Positions 19,550 to 28,798 of a stretch of DNA of 64,000 bases are shown here, piece by piece. A program made the position numbers and the translations under genes. Position 1 is the first letter of the stretch. Each line of letters begins with the position of its first letter. The notes beneath the pieces were generated by a model. The model was given only the letters and a program-made list of their open reading frames with translations. It was not told the DNA's origin and ran no database searches. The DNA is from Crocinitomicaceae bacterium (GTDB lineage Bacteria > Bacteroidota > Bacteroidia > Flavobacteriales_D > Crocinitomicaceae): the NCBI GenBank assembly GCA_044358215.1, contig JBIKOE010000001.1, positions 8,818 to 72,817 of the forward strand, written 5' to 3'.

Positions 19550-20096
19550 TATTCGTGAGGTACTTTCTCATCACCCAATAATTCCTGTTATAAACTTCAA
19601 TGATATAGATGAAGTTATTCCAATGATTGAAAAATTAAAAGCAAAAAATATTTACTGTATAGAAATCACTTTGCGAACTCCTATTGCTTTCGATGCAATT
19701 CGCTTAGCAAAAGAAAAATTTGGATCGGAAATCACTATTGGAATGGGGACAATTGTTTCGAAAGATCAAATTGCCAAAGCAATAGAATTAAAAGTAGATT
19801 TTTTGGTAAGCCCCGGTCTTAGTTCAGGTTTGGCTTCTCATTTCGAAGATTCAGGAATTCCTTTTATACTCGGGGTTGCAACTCCCAGCGACATTATTAA
19901 CGGAATACAATTTGGCTGGGATACTTTTAAATTCTTTCCAGCACATCTTTTCGGAGGTTTAAATGCACTAAAGACATACGGGCAAGTATTTCCTCAGATA
20001 AAATTTTGTCCAACCGGAGGAATCACAGAAGAAAGCTGCCTATCTTATTTAGCATTAGAAAATGTTATTTCGATTGGAGGATCTTGGCTTAAGTGA
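19536..20096 (+). CDS. eda: KDPG / 4-hydroxy-2-oxoglutarate aldolase, short form
   Basis: IEITLRT (catalytic Glu region), FKFFPA (Schiff-base Lys), FCPTGGI and GGSWL. The gene overlaps the bshC stop by 14 nt. The protein ends immediately after GGSWL. Confidence 0.85.
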   Translation: MKQNNIREVLSHHPIIPVINFNDIDEVIPMIEKLKAKNIYCIEITLRTPIAFDAIRLAKEKFGSEITIGMGTIVSKDQIAKAIELKVDFLVSPGLSSGLASHFEDSGIPFILGVATPSDIINGIQFGWDTFKFFPAHLFGGLNALKTYGQVFPQIKFCPTGGITEESCLSYLALENVISIGGSWLK

Positions 20097-20098
20097 AA

Positions 20099-21202
20099 TT
20101 AGTGCTTGTGATTTGGATCGCTGTGATCATGTGCATCTTGACTTGGAGGTGTAATAGAAATAATCTCTACATCAAATACTAAATCAGAATATGGAGGAAT
20201 AGCACCTGGTCGACCATCTTTTCCATAAGCTTGAAAATATGGGATAATGAATCTTCCTTTGCCCCCCTGCCCTAACATTGCAATTCCTTCTTCAAATCCA
20301 GGAATCATTTTTTGGTCTATAAATGTAAAGTCCATCGGTGCATTTCTATCGCGAGAGGAATCAAATTGTTTTCCATCTGCTCTAAATGTACCAACATAAT
20401 GAAGTGAAACTTTCGATCCTTTAACAGGCTTAAGTTTATCTATTCCTTTATTTTCTATAAAATATACAAGTCCTGTTTTAGAAATTTGAGCTTTTGGATT
20501 TAGTTTCTTTACTTCAGAAAACATAAATGCTGTGTAATCTGTTTCTGACATACTAGAAATCTTAGCGTATTGTTCATTATTTTTAAGTGCTGCTGCTTTT
20601 TTTAGTCCATAAATTTTATCAAACTCTTGCATTGCATTCCACTTGTTTGCTTTCGAACCATAACGCATAATTGAAACTGAAATCATCACATCTTCCTGTT
20701 CAATTTTATTTACAATGTCCATACCTTCAACCACATGTCCAAAAACAGTATGCTTTCCATCTAACCAAGATGTTTCTTTGTGCGTTATAAAAAATTGACT
20801 GCCATTGGTTGCAGGACCAGAATTAGCCATTGATAAAATACCCGGTCCACTGTGTTTTAGATCTGCAACAATTTCATCATCAAATTTATAACCTGGATCT
20901 CCGGATCCATTTCCAAGAGGGCAACCTCCTTGAATCATAAAATCCTTGATAACACGATGAAATTTTAATCCATTGTAAAAAGGCGTAGAGATAACTTTAT
21001 CATCTACTTTAAAATTCCCTTCGGCTAAACCCACAAAATTAGCAACCGTCATAGGTGTTTTTTCATATTCCAAAACACAAATAATTGAACCTTTTGACGT
21101 TAAAAAATTAGCGTAAATTCCATCAGGCAAAACATTTGAACTTTGAGCATAAATAGATAACTGAGCAACAAGAATTGTAATAAGAGCAAAAAATGACTTC
21201 AT
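20099..21202 (-). CDS. secreted dual-family peptidyl-prolyl isomerase (cyclophilin N-terminal, FKBP C-terminal) with a His-rich tail
   Basis: Signal peptide, then the cyclophilin motifs FHRVIKDFMIQGG and SMANSGPATNGSQFFIT. The FKBP part has VSLHYVGTF.ADGKQFDSS and IPGFEEGI. The tail reads AHDHSDPNHKH. Confidence 0.85.
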   Translation of the reverse strand: MKSFFALITILVAQLSIYAQSSNVLPDGIYANFLTSKGSIICVLEYEKTPMTVANFVGLAEGNFKVDDKVISTPFYNGLKFHRVIKDFMIQGGCPLGNGSGDPGYKFDDEIVADLKHSGPGILSMANSGPATNGSQFFITHKETSWLDGKHTVFGHVVEGMDIVNKIEQEDVMISVSIMRYGSKANKWNAMQEFDKIYGLKKAAALKNNEQYAKISSMSETDYTAFMFSEVKKLNPKAQISKTGLVYFIENKGIDKLKPVKGSKVSLHYVGTFRADGKQFDSSRDRNAPMDFTFIDQKMIPGFEEGIAMLGQGGKGRFIIPYFQAYGKDGRPGAIPPYSDLVFDVEIISITPPSQDAHDHSDPNHKH

Positions 21203-21231
21203 AACTTTATTTTTAGAATATTTATTTTAAT

Positions 21232-21906
21232 TTATTTTTCAATACTAAGTAATTCAACTTCAAAAACCAAAGGCATAAATGGCTCTATAATATCTCCCTG
21301 AGGACTTTCGCCATAAGCCAACTCCTGAGGAATGTATAGCATAAATTTAGACCCTACTGGCATAAGTTGAAGACCTTCAATCCAACCTGGTATTACTTGG
21401 TTCAAAGCAAATGTAATTGGTTCTCCTCTATCTACAGAACTATCAAATACTTTTCCTTCTGGAGTAGTTCCATGATAATGAACTTTTACATTCGAAGTAT
21501 CTGTTGGTTTAGGTCCTTTACCCATTGTAATAACCTTATATTGTAAACCGGAGGCCGTGACTTTTACCTTTGGATCCTTTTTATTATTATCTAAAAAAGC
21601 TACTCCTTTTGCCTTATTTGCTTCGAATACTTTGGCATTTTCTGCTGCTTTTTGCGCAGTCTTATTTTCAAAATAAGAGGAAATCGTTTTCCCACCATCA
21701 TCTACTATTAAAGATTCAACAGCATTGATTTCATTTAATAATCCTTGCAACATTAAATCCCTATTAACTTCAGGCATTTCTCGAGCAATATTTCCGCCAA
21801 TACTCTTTCCAATAAGATAAGAAACGGAATCTATTTGATTTAAAACTTGACTAAAAGTGGTCAAACTTAGCAATGATCCAATAATTAAAGTGAATGTTTT
21901 TTTCAT
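21232..21906 (-). CDS. FKBP-type peptidyl-prolyl isomerase (FkpA-like, with N-terminal helical domain)
   Basis: Signal peptide followed by VKVHYHGTTPEGKVFDSS, VIPGWIEGL and LVFEVELL. Confidence 0.85.
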   Translation of the reverse strand: MKKTFTLIIGSLLSLTTFSQVLNQIDSVSYLIGKSIGGNIAREMPEVNRDLMLQGLLNEINAVESLIVDDGGKTISSYFENKTAQKAAENAKVFEANKAKGVAFLDNNKKDPKVKVTASGLQYKVITMGKGPKPTDTSNVKVHYHGTTPEGKVFDSSVDRGEPITFALNQVIPGWIEGLQLMPVGSKFMLYIPQELAYGESPQGDIIEPFMPLVFEVELLSIEK

Positions 21907-21925
21907 TTTTTTGTATATTTTATTA

Positions 21926-22804
21926 TTAATTTCTAGTATCTATACCCCATAACATTTTATTGCGAATGGTGTCAAGAAAATTATTGTCCTCAAATTTAAT
22001 GACATTTATCATAAATTCCGCTTTTTTAACAACAACTTCTTCTCCCTGCTTAATACTTTTTGAATTACCATCTAAGCTCAAGAGATAGGTTCTATCTCGA
22101 CCTTCTACAGAAAGAGTAATTGGCAAATGGTCAGGAACTACAACAGGACGTACATTTAGATTATGAGGTGCAATTGGAGTAAGAATGTGTACTTGACAAC
22201 CAGGCGTTATAATCGGACCACCGCAACTCAAGCTGTAAGCTGTTGATCCTGTTGGAGTGGCGACAATTAAACCGTCTGCCCAATAAGCATTCAAATACTT
22301 ATTATCTAAAGAAGCATGAACCGTAATCATTGATGCAGTATCTTTCTTGTGCAGCGTTAATTCATTTAAAGCAAAGTTATCTTTCCCAAAAATATCCTCT
22401 TCTGTAAAAACACGTAACAATGAACGCTTTTGAAATTCAAATTGCTTTTCTTTTACTTGTGTTAGAGTATGGTGAATTTGTTCTTTTGAGATATTTGCAA
22501 GAAATCCTAAGCGCCCCATATTAATTCCCATTATTGGAACTCCTGAATCTTGAATATAACTTACCGTCTTCAAAAATGTTCCATCACCACCCATGCTAAT
22601 TGTAAGATCAATTCCAGATTTAAAATCCAAATGACTTTTAAAGGTTTGGTATTTTTCTGAAATACCGATTTTAGAAACTAAGAGGGCTTTTAAATCTTCC
22701 TCTAATACTGCTTCCCAGCCAAAATCTTCGAGGTACTTTAGCATTTCAGTAAAATACTCGGCGCTATGCTTGCTGACTTTTCTTCCGTAAATTGCAACCC
22801 GCAT
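21926..22804 (-). CDS. nadK: NAD kinase
   Basis: 292 aa with GGDGTFL and TPTGSTAYSLS(C)GGPI motifs. Confidence 0.9.
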   Translation of the reverse strand: MRVAIYGRKVSKHSAEYFTEMLKYLEDFGWEAVLEEDLKALLVSKIGISEKYQTFKSHLDFKSGIDLTISMGGDGTFLKTVSYIQDSGVPIMGINMGRLGFLANISKEQIHHTLTQVKEKQFEFQKRSLLRVFTEEDIFGKDNFALNELTLHKKDTASMITVHASLDNKYLNAYWADGLIVATPTGSTAYSLSCGGPIITPGCQVHILTPIAPHNLNVRPVVVPDHLPITLSVEGRDRTYLLSLDGNSKSIKQGEEVVVKKAEFMINVIKFEDNNFLDTIRNKMLWGIDTRN

Positions 22805-22807
22805 GGT

Positions 22808-23470
22808 TTAAAATTTTAAATAATGCATCAGTGAATCAAATCTCGCTTGCAAATCATCATTGTCCATACTTTTTTGAAATGATTCTTTAACTACATAGTC
22901 ATAACGTTCAAAAGTTCGAATAATTGAAGATAAATCTAATTTATTTATTTTTAAGGTGATTTCCAATTTTGAAGACGAAGAATTTGTTAAAATATATGAA
23001 CTTAAAATACGAGCATTATTACTTTCTACAATTTGAGCTATTTGTGCCATGGAATAATCAATATTATTGATTTCTAAAATTAGAATTCCACCAACTTCTT
23101 TCATGCTTCCCGTATTAGCTAGTTGCAACATCAAATGATAAATAGTAGTACAGCCCAAATAATTCTCATTTTGATCAAGAATAGGCAAGACACTTAGATT
23201 AAATTCTGACATTTTGGCGAGAACCTCGAAAACATGGGAATTTGCAAAAACATAAGGGCGAGGTAAATGATCAAATAAGCCATCCAATGAATTCTCTGCA
23301 TTCAAGCGATCTAAAATGTCTGATTCAGAAACAACACCAACAAAATTCCCGTTTTTTAAAACTGGAAGGTGTGAAACCTTAAATTCATCCATCCAATTCA
23401 GCGCTTTTTCTCCTGAGTCAGTATGAACTAAAGGTGGAATTTCTTCTGTAATTAAATTAATTGCTTTCAT
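22808..23470 (-). CDS. CBS-domain protein
   Basis: CBS pair (HLPVLKNGNFVGVVSESDIL, LSVLPILDQNENYLGCTT). I re-called the start to ATG 23470 (MKAINLITEE). The ORF-track start at 23605 would overlap pdxJ and its promoter. Confidence 0.75.
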   Translation of the reverse strand: MKAINLITEEIPPLVHTDSGEKALNWMDEFKVSHLPVLKNGNFVGVVSESDILDRLNAENSLDGLFDHLPRPYVFANSHVFEVLAKMSEFNLSVLPILDQNENYLGCTTIYHLMLQLANTGSMKEVGGILILEINNIDYSMAQIAQIVESNNARILSSYILTNSSSSKLEITLKINKLDLSSIIRTFERYDYVVKESFQKSMDNDDLQARFDSLMHYLKF

Positions 23471-23507
23471 AAACGTGGCCAAAGTAGTAAAATCCTGTGA
23501 GAGTTTG

Positions 23508-23515
23508 TAATTTTG
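23508..23515 (+). promoter_or_regulatory. -7 promoter box TAATTTTG upstream of pdxJ
   Basis: Exact TAnnTTTG match 19 nt before ATG 23535. Confidence 0.35.
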
Positions 23516-23534
23516 AGCTGTCAAAAATGATACC

Positions 23535-24251
23535 ATGACTAAATTAAGTGTCAATATTAACAAAATTGCAAGTATTCGAAATGCAAGAGGTGGAAATATA
23601 CCCAACCTTGTAAATTTTGCAGTTGATTGTGAACGTTTTGGCGCTGAAGGTATTACAATTCATCCTCGACCTGATGAACGGCATATAACAAAGAAAGACG
23701 CATACGAATTAAAAGAAGCGGTTCAAAAAGAATTTAATATTGAAGGATTCCCCGATAGCCGTTTTATGGAAATCATCAAAGATTTGCGACCAACTCAAGC
23801 AACACTTGTTCCAGATCCACCGGGTGTATTGACTTCAAATGCCGGATGGGACACAAAAGAAAATTTTGATTTTCTACAAAAGACTTGCAGTCAACTTAGT
23901 GATTGGGGAGTTCGAACTTCTATTTTCATTGAACCAGATTTAGAAAAAATTGAATTAGCACAAAAAATAGGTGTTAATCGCATTGAGTTGTATACTGGTC
24001 CATATGCTGCAGATTTTAGTAAAAATAAACTAAAAGCAATAGAATCCTATATAACTGCAACCCAACATGCGATAAATTTAGGATTAGGAATAAATGCTGG
24101 TCACGATTTAAATTTAGAAAACCTAAATTATTTTAAAAAATCACTACTTCGCTTGGATGAAGTTTCTATAGGTCATGCACTTATTTCTGACGCACTCTAT
24201 TTAGGCATTGAAAATGCCATACAACGCTATAAATTCTTACTTCTCGATTAA
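23535..24251 (+). CDS. pdxJ: pyridoxine 5'-phosphate synthase
   Basis: [29 protein letters not shown] and NAGHDLN motifs. Confidence 0.9.
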   Translation: MTKLSVNINKIASIRNARGGNIPNLVNFAVDCERFGAEGITIHPRPDERHITKKDAYELKEAVQKEFNIEGFPDSRFMEIIKDLRPTQATLVPDPPGVLTSNAGWDTKENFDFLQKTCSQLSDWGVRTSIFIEPDLEKIELAQKIGVNRIELYTGPYAADFSKNKLKAIESYITATQHAINLGLGINAGHDLNLENLNYFKKSLLRLDEVSIGHALISDALYLGIENAIQRYKFLLLD

Positions 24252-25373
24252 ATTTTCTTTATCTGAATTCATCAAAATATCCCTTTTTGGATAAGGGATT
24301 TTAATATCATATTCACGAAATAAACGATCAATTTCAAAACGAATTTCTGACTTATAATTATTAATATCCCAACTCTGATCAGCCCAAAAAACCAATTCTA
24401 ATTCAAGACCTGAATCACCAAAATTTGAAAGCCGAACAAGAATAGGATGACTCTTTTTAACTTTGGGGTGAGCCAAAGCAGCTTGTTTAAGTAAGCGCTT
24501 AATCAATTCTGTATTTGCACCATATTCAACGGTAAGGGTGATTAAAAAGCGTGTTAATTCTGAGCCATGACTCCAGTTTTCAACTTGTTCTTGTGTAAGT
24601 CGAGTATTCGGAATAATTAATACATTTCCCTCCCTAGTTTGAATTTGAGAAGTACGGACATTGATTTTTACAATCTTTGCGATAATTCCATTTGAAGATT
24701 TAGTAGAATTTTTTGAGCCGCTCGTTATTTCAACAATATCTCCCACTCTAAGATTACCTTCAAATAGCAAGACAAAACCAGCAAAAACATCTTTAAAAAC
24801 ATCTTGAAGACCCAGACCAATTCCTACTAATAAAGCAGCGGATCCTGTTAATAACAAGGTTACATCAACATCTAAAATTTGCAGACAGAAGATAATTGCA
24901 AAGACATAAATAACATACTTTGCAATTTTTACATAAACATATTCGGTTGATAAGTCTCTATTAGCAGCTTTCCTGAATTTTCTTCCAATAATTATTTTAG
25001 AGAAGTTTACCAGTATTCTTGATGCAAAAAAGATAGAAACAATAACAAAAATGTTAAAGAAATCTAAATGAAAGGATTTTAAATTAATTAATTTAAAATT
25101 TAAAAAATCACCAAAAGTTATTGATTTATTGTTAAATTTTAAACTTAAAAACGCAATATAAATCGCTAATAAATATACACTCTGACTAATTAATTTTAGC
25201 CAAGCAACACGTCTGCCCTCCATGTTAATATTTGCAGTTTTAACATACTTTTTAAGGAATCGATGGACTATTCTTTTAAGAATTGCGGCAATGAAAAAAA
25301 TAAGAGCAAGAAAAACTAAATTCCAGAAACAAATTTTAAATGGACCAAGAGAAAAAAGTGTTGTACTTAGCAT
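24237..25373 (-). CDS. mechanosensitive ion channel (MscS family)
   Basis: 378 aa with N-terminal TM helices and an MscS beta-domain pattern ([18 protein letters not shown]..., [10 protein letters not shown]). Confidence 0.8.
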   Translation of the reverse strand: MLSTTLFSLGPFKICFWNLVFLALIFFIAAILKRIVHRFLKKYVKTANINMEGRRVAWLKLISQSVYLLAIYIAFLSLKFNNKSITFGDFLNFKLINLKSFHLDFFNIFVIVSIFFASRILVNFSKIIIGRKFRKAANRDLSTEYVYVKIAKYVIYVFAIIFCLQILDVDVTLLLTGSAALLVGIGLGLQDVFKDVFAGFVLLFEGNLRVGDIVEITSGSKNSTKSSNGIIAKIVKINVRTSQIQTREGNVLIIPNTRLTQEQVENWSHGSELTRFLITLTVEYGANTELIKRLLKQAALAHPKVKKSHPILVRLSNFGDSGLELELVFWADQSWDINNYKSEIRFEIDRLFREYDIKIPYPKRDILMNSDKENLIEK

Positions 25374-25376
25374 AAC

Positions 25377-27341
25377 CTATTTTAGTATTATTCTACCTAA
25401 TTTTTCTGAAATAACTTTTTTTACATTTTCATAGAGCATTTGTTGGCCCAACGCTAATAAAATATCTTCATCTGATAAATCTCCTTTACTTATATCCGAT
25501 TTAATTGAGAGCAAATGGTCTTCAACTTTCTTGTATTTAAAATTGTAAATAATATTCATTACTGTTGAATACAAATCATCGCTTTCAGATTTTGTGAAAA
25601 TACTAAATTTAGTAATCCAATTTGTACTGAGTTCTATTTCTCGACTCTCAATATCCGATACAAAAGAAACGATTTCCTGATCTTCAATTCGTTTGAAATA
25701 AGAAGCTGTATAAAATGTTTTTTCGCTCAATCCTTCAATGATTTTATCATATATTTTAATAAATAATGGGTATTCAAAAGTCAAAAGATCTTGCTCCAAT
25801 TCTTGATGAATTAATTCAACCACACTTGTTTTGTGCAATTCATTTGAATCCAATGCTAAAGTTTCTATTTCTCTCGTTCCAAAGCAAATCATCATGCGCA
25901 TTAATTCTTCTTCGTGTTTAAACCGGAAAGCATCCTCTTTCGTTGGATCAGTCGTTTCTTGACTTTTTATAAGATCATTCTCAGGTAATGGAACTTGATT
26001 AAATTCCGGTTCTTGAAATTGTTTAGACAAGCTATTTCTTCGCAAACGCATCAATTCATTGCTAATAATAGATTCTTCAATGTCAAATTGCCGAGCGATT
26101 TCCTTGACGTAAACACTTCGTGTTATTTGATCAGGAATAAGTCCTACTGATTGAACAATTTCTCGAATTAAAGCTGATTTTTTTAAGGGGTCATTTTCAC
26201 CATCTTTTAATAAAATCTGAGCTTTAAAGGTGATGAAATCCTGTTTCTGCTCTTTGATAAATAATGCAAGTTCAGAATCGGAATTCTTTTTTGCAAAAGA
26301 ATCTGGGTCTTCACCATCAGGGAAAAGGACAACTTTAACATTCATTCCCTCTTCCAAAATCAAATCAATTCCTCGAAAAGAAGCTTTAATTCCAGCAGCG
26401 TCTCCGTCATATAGAATAGTAAGATTCTTCGTATAGCGCTTAACTAATTTAACTTGCTCCTTTGTTAAGGATGTTCCTGAGGACGAAACTACGTTTTGAA
26501 TGCCCGACTGGTGCATACTTATTACATCCGTATAACCTTCGCAAAGCAAACATTCATCGTATTTTACAATTTCACCCTTGGAAAAATATAAGCCATAGAG
26601 AATTTCACTTTTATTATAAATAATACTCTCAGGAGAATTAAAATACTTTGCAACTTTCTTATCATTAACGAGCGAGCGTCCACCAAATCCTAAAATACGA
26701 CCAGAAATACTCTGAATAGGAAATAAAACACGACCACGAAAGAAGTCAAAATTGCGTTCGTCCTTAGATTTAACCAAGCCAACTTTTTCCAAATAAGAAA
26801 GGGAATATCCTTTTTTTAAAGCTGCTTTAGTAAAATCATCACTTACATTCAAGCAATATCCCAATTGAAACTTTTCGATTGTTTCCTTGGTAAATCCTCG
26901 TTCTTCAAAATAACTTAATCCAACTGCTTTTCCTTCGGTACTTTCTTGTAAATTTTGATAGAAATAATTTTTTGCAAATTCATTGATAATAAAAAGACTT
27001 TCTCGTTCTGTTTTATCAGCTAATTCCTTAGCAGTTGGTTCAGACTCTTCTGGAATTTGAATACCGTATTTGTTTGCAAGAAACCGCAATGCTTCAGGAT
27101 ACGAAAAATGTTCTTTCTCCATTAAAAAAGTAACTACAGAGCCACCTTTGCCAGTTGAAAAACATTTGAAAATTTGTTTTGCTGGAGAAACTACAAATGA
27201 AGGAGTTTTTTCGTCTGTAAAGGGACTTAAACCCTTTAAATTTGATCCAGCTCTTTTTAAGTTCACAAAGTCACCAATCACATCTTCTATTTGAGATGCT
27301 TGCATAATTTGATCGATTATATGTGCTGATATTTTACTCAT
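25377..27341 (-). CDS. dnaG: DNA primase
   Basis: 654 aa. Primase N-terminus (EKTPSF...GKGG), RNA-polymerase core (FRGRVLFPI) and TOPRIM (LCEGYTDVI, LYDGDAAG). The zinc-finger ligands are mostly substituted (see findings). Confidence 0.9.
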   Translation of the reverse strand: MSKISAHIIDQIMQASQIEDVIGDFVNLKRAGSNLKGLSPFTDEKTPSFVVSPAKQIFKCFSTGKGGSVVTFLMEKEHFSYPEALRFLANKYGIQIPEESEPTAKELADKTERESLFIINEFAKNYFYQNLQESTEGKAVGLSYFEERGFTKETIEKFQLGYCLNVSDDFTKAALKKGYSLSYLEKVGLVKSKDERNFDFFRGRVLFPIQSISGRILGFGGRSLVNDKKVAKYFNSPESIIYNKSEILYGLYFSKGEIVKYDECLLCEGYTDVISMHQSGIQNVVSSSGTSLTKEQVKLVKRYTKNLTILYDGDAAGIKASFRGIDLILEEGMNVKVVLFPDGEDPDSFAKKNSDSELALFIKEQKQDFITFKAQILLKDGENDPLKKSALIREIVQSVGLIPDQITRSVYVKEIARQFDIEESIISNELMRLRRNSLSKQFQEPEFNQVPLPENDLIKSQETTDPTKEDAFRFKHEEELMRMMICFGTREIETLALDSNELHKTSVVELIHQELEQDLLTFEYPLFIKIYDKIIEGLSEKTFYTASYFKRIEDQEIVSFVSDIESREIELSTNWITKFSIFTKSESDDLYSTVMNIIYNFKYKKVEDHLLSIKSDISKGDLSDEDILLALGQQMLYENVKKVISEKLGRIILK

Positions 27342-27760
27342 TATTTTCTATCGCCGTACTCTTTTTCATTAATCAAATTTCCTTTTTCATCATAGGTTGA
27401 CCAAAGTCCAATCATCTCATCATTTTGGTATTCCCCTCTGTAATGAATTCTTCCATTGGGATATTTTACGAGTGAAAAACCTTCTTTTTTTCCGTGATTA
27501 TAAAGGGTAAAAGATAACTCTGTACCATTTTCAGCATAAAAAGTCCATTTTCCATCTCTATTTCCAAGTTCATCTTGACCACCTTGAAATTTTATTTGTT
27601 TTTTTCCAGGATACCACTCCGTAAAAACACCATCTTTTACTTCAACTAAATTTTCAATTTTAATTTTCTTTTCAATCTTTTTGTCAGTAGTATTTTCACA
27701 TCCAAAAATTAGAAACAAGGTTACGAATACAAATACTATTTTTTTCATATTATTTTTCAC
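27341..27760 (-). CDS. MORN-variant (YwqK-like) repeat lipoprotein
   Basis: Lipobox LIFGC followed by repeats (DGKWTFYAENG, KEGFSLVKYPNGRIHYRGEYQNDEMIGLWSTYDEKGNL). The stop overlaps the dnaG ATG as TAATG. Confidence 0.65.
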   Translation of the reverse strand: MKNNMKKIVFVFVTLFLIFGCENTTDKKIEKKIKIENLVEVKDGVFTEWYPGKKQIKFQGGQDELGNRDGKWTFYAENGTELSFTLYNHGKKEGFSLVKYPNGRIHYRGEYQNDEMIGLWSTYDEKGNLINEKEYGDRK

Positions 27761-28721
27761 GGTTAATTGTATAATCTAGAAGTCCAATTAAAGATTTTTT
27801 CGCTTCGCTTTCTGGAAATACATCCAATAAAATGAAAGCCTCAGATATCATAGATTTCATTTTTTCATAGGCATATTCAAGTCCGCCATTCTCACTTACT
27901 AATTGTACTGCTCGCTTGATGTGCTTAGAAGATTGATTTTTATTCTTTATAATATTTTTCAACTCATTACGAACCAAAGAATCACTATTATTAATAGTAT
28001 AAATTAGCGGTAATGTCATTTTCTGTTCGCGAATATCAATTCCTGTTGGTTTTCCAATTTTACCCGGACTAGCGTAATCAAAAACATCATCTTTGATTTG
28101 AAATGCCATTCCTACAAGAATTCCAAAATTTTTCATGCGTTCACGATGTTCATTTGAATTTACGCTAATTGCCGCAGTTTCGCAACAGGCAGAAATTAAA
28201 GATGCTGTTTTTTTTCGAATAACCTCAAAATAAATTTCTTCTGTAATGTCTAAATTGCGACTCTTTTCAATTTGCAATAGCTCACCCTCGCTCATTTCTC
28301 TAACTGCTTCGGCAATTACGCCTAATAAATCAGTATTATTTTTTTGAATTGTGAGCAACAATATTCGAGAAAGCATATAATCACCAACTAGAACAGCAAT
28401 TTTATTTTTCCAAAGAGCATTCACCGAAAAAAATCCACGGCGCTCATTTGCATCATCAACAACATCGTCGTGAACAAGCGTAGCTGTATGCAGTAATTCA
28501 ACTAAAGAAGCAGCATCAAAAGTAGTTTCGTTAATCGTACCCAGCATTTTTGCGCTTAAAAACACAAACATAGGTCGCATTTGCTTGCCTTTGCGTTTTA
28601 TGATGTACTGAGTAACCTTGTCTAATAATGGAACTTCAGAGCGCATCGATTCCTTAAAATGAATTTCAAATTCTCTTAATTCAGCTTCAATTGGCACACT
28701 AATTTCATTAACATCAAGCAT
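27750..28721 (-). CDS. polyprenyl diphosphate synthase (trans-IPPS, IspB-like)
   Basis: 323 aa with a first Asp-rich motif LVHDDVVDD and a second FQIKDDVFD. Confidence 0.85.
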   Translation of the reverse strand: MLDVNEISVPIEAELREFEIHFKESMRSEVPLLDKVTQYIIKRKGKQMRPMFVFLSAKMLGTINETTFDAASLVELLHTATLVHDDVVDDANERRGFFSVNALWKNKIAVLVGDYMLSRILLLTIQKNNTDLLGVIAEAVREMSEGELLQIEKSRNLDITEEIYFEVIRKKTASLISACCETAAISVNSNEHRERMKNFGILVGMAFQIKDDVFDYASPGKIGKPTGIDIREQKMTLPLIYTINNSDSLVRNELKNIIKNKNQSSKHIKRAVQLVSENGGLEYAYEKMKSMISEAFILLDVFPESEAKKSLIGLLDYTINREK

Positions 28722-28798
28722 ACTACAAATATAGTATTTTGTAAATCTTAATTCAAGAGAAAAATTGGGGTATTATGACATTCCACTCAAAAAGTTTC

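Noticed and set aside
22808-23605. ORF-track N-terminal extensions. These are the CBS protein to 23605, the TPR protein from 8422, trxB from 16904, the terC-like gene to 16821, the membrane protein from 40147, the second M16 gene from 45044, and the M42 peptidase to 60658.
   Set aside because: The extensions overlap neighbouring genes or promoter boxes, or they precede obvious signal peptides or conserved N-termini. I used shorter starts in the feature list.
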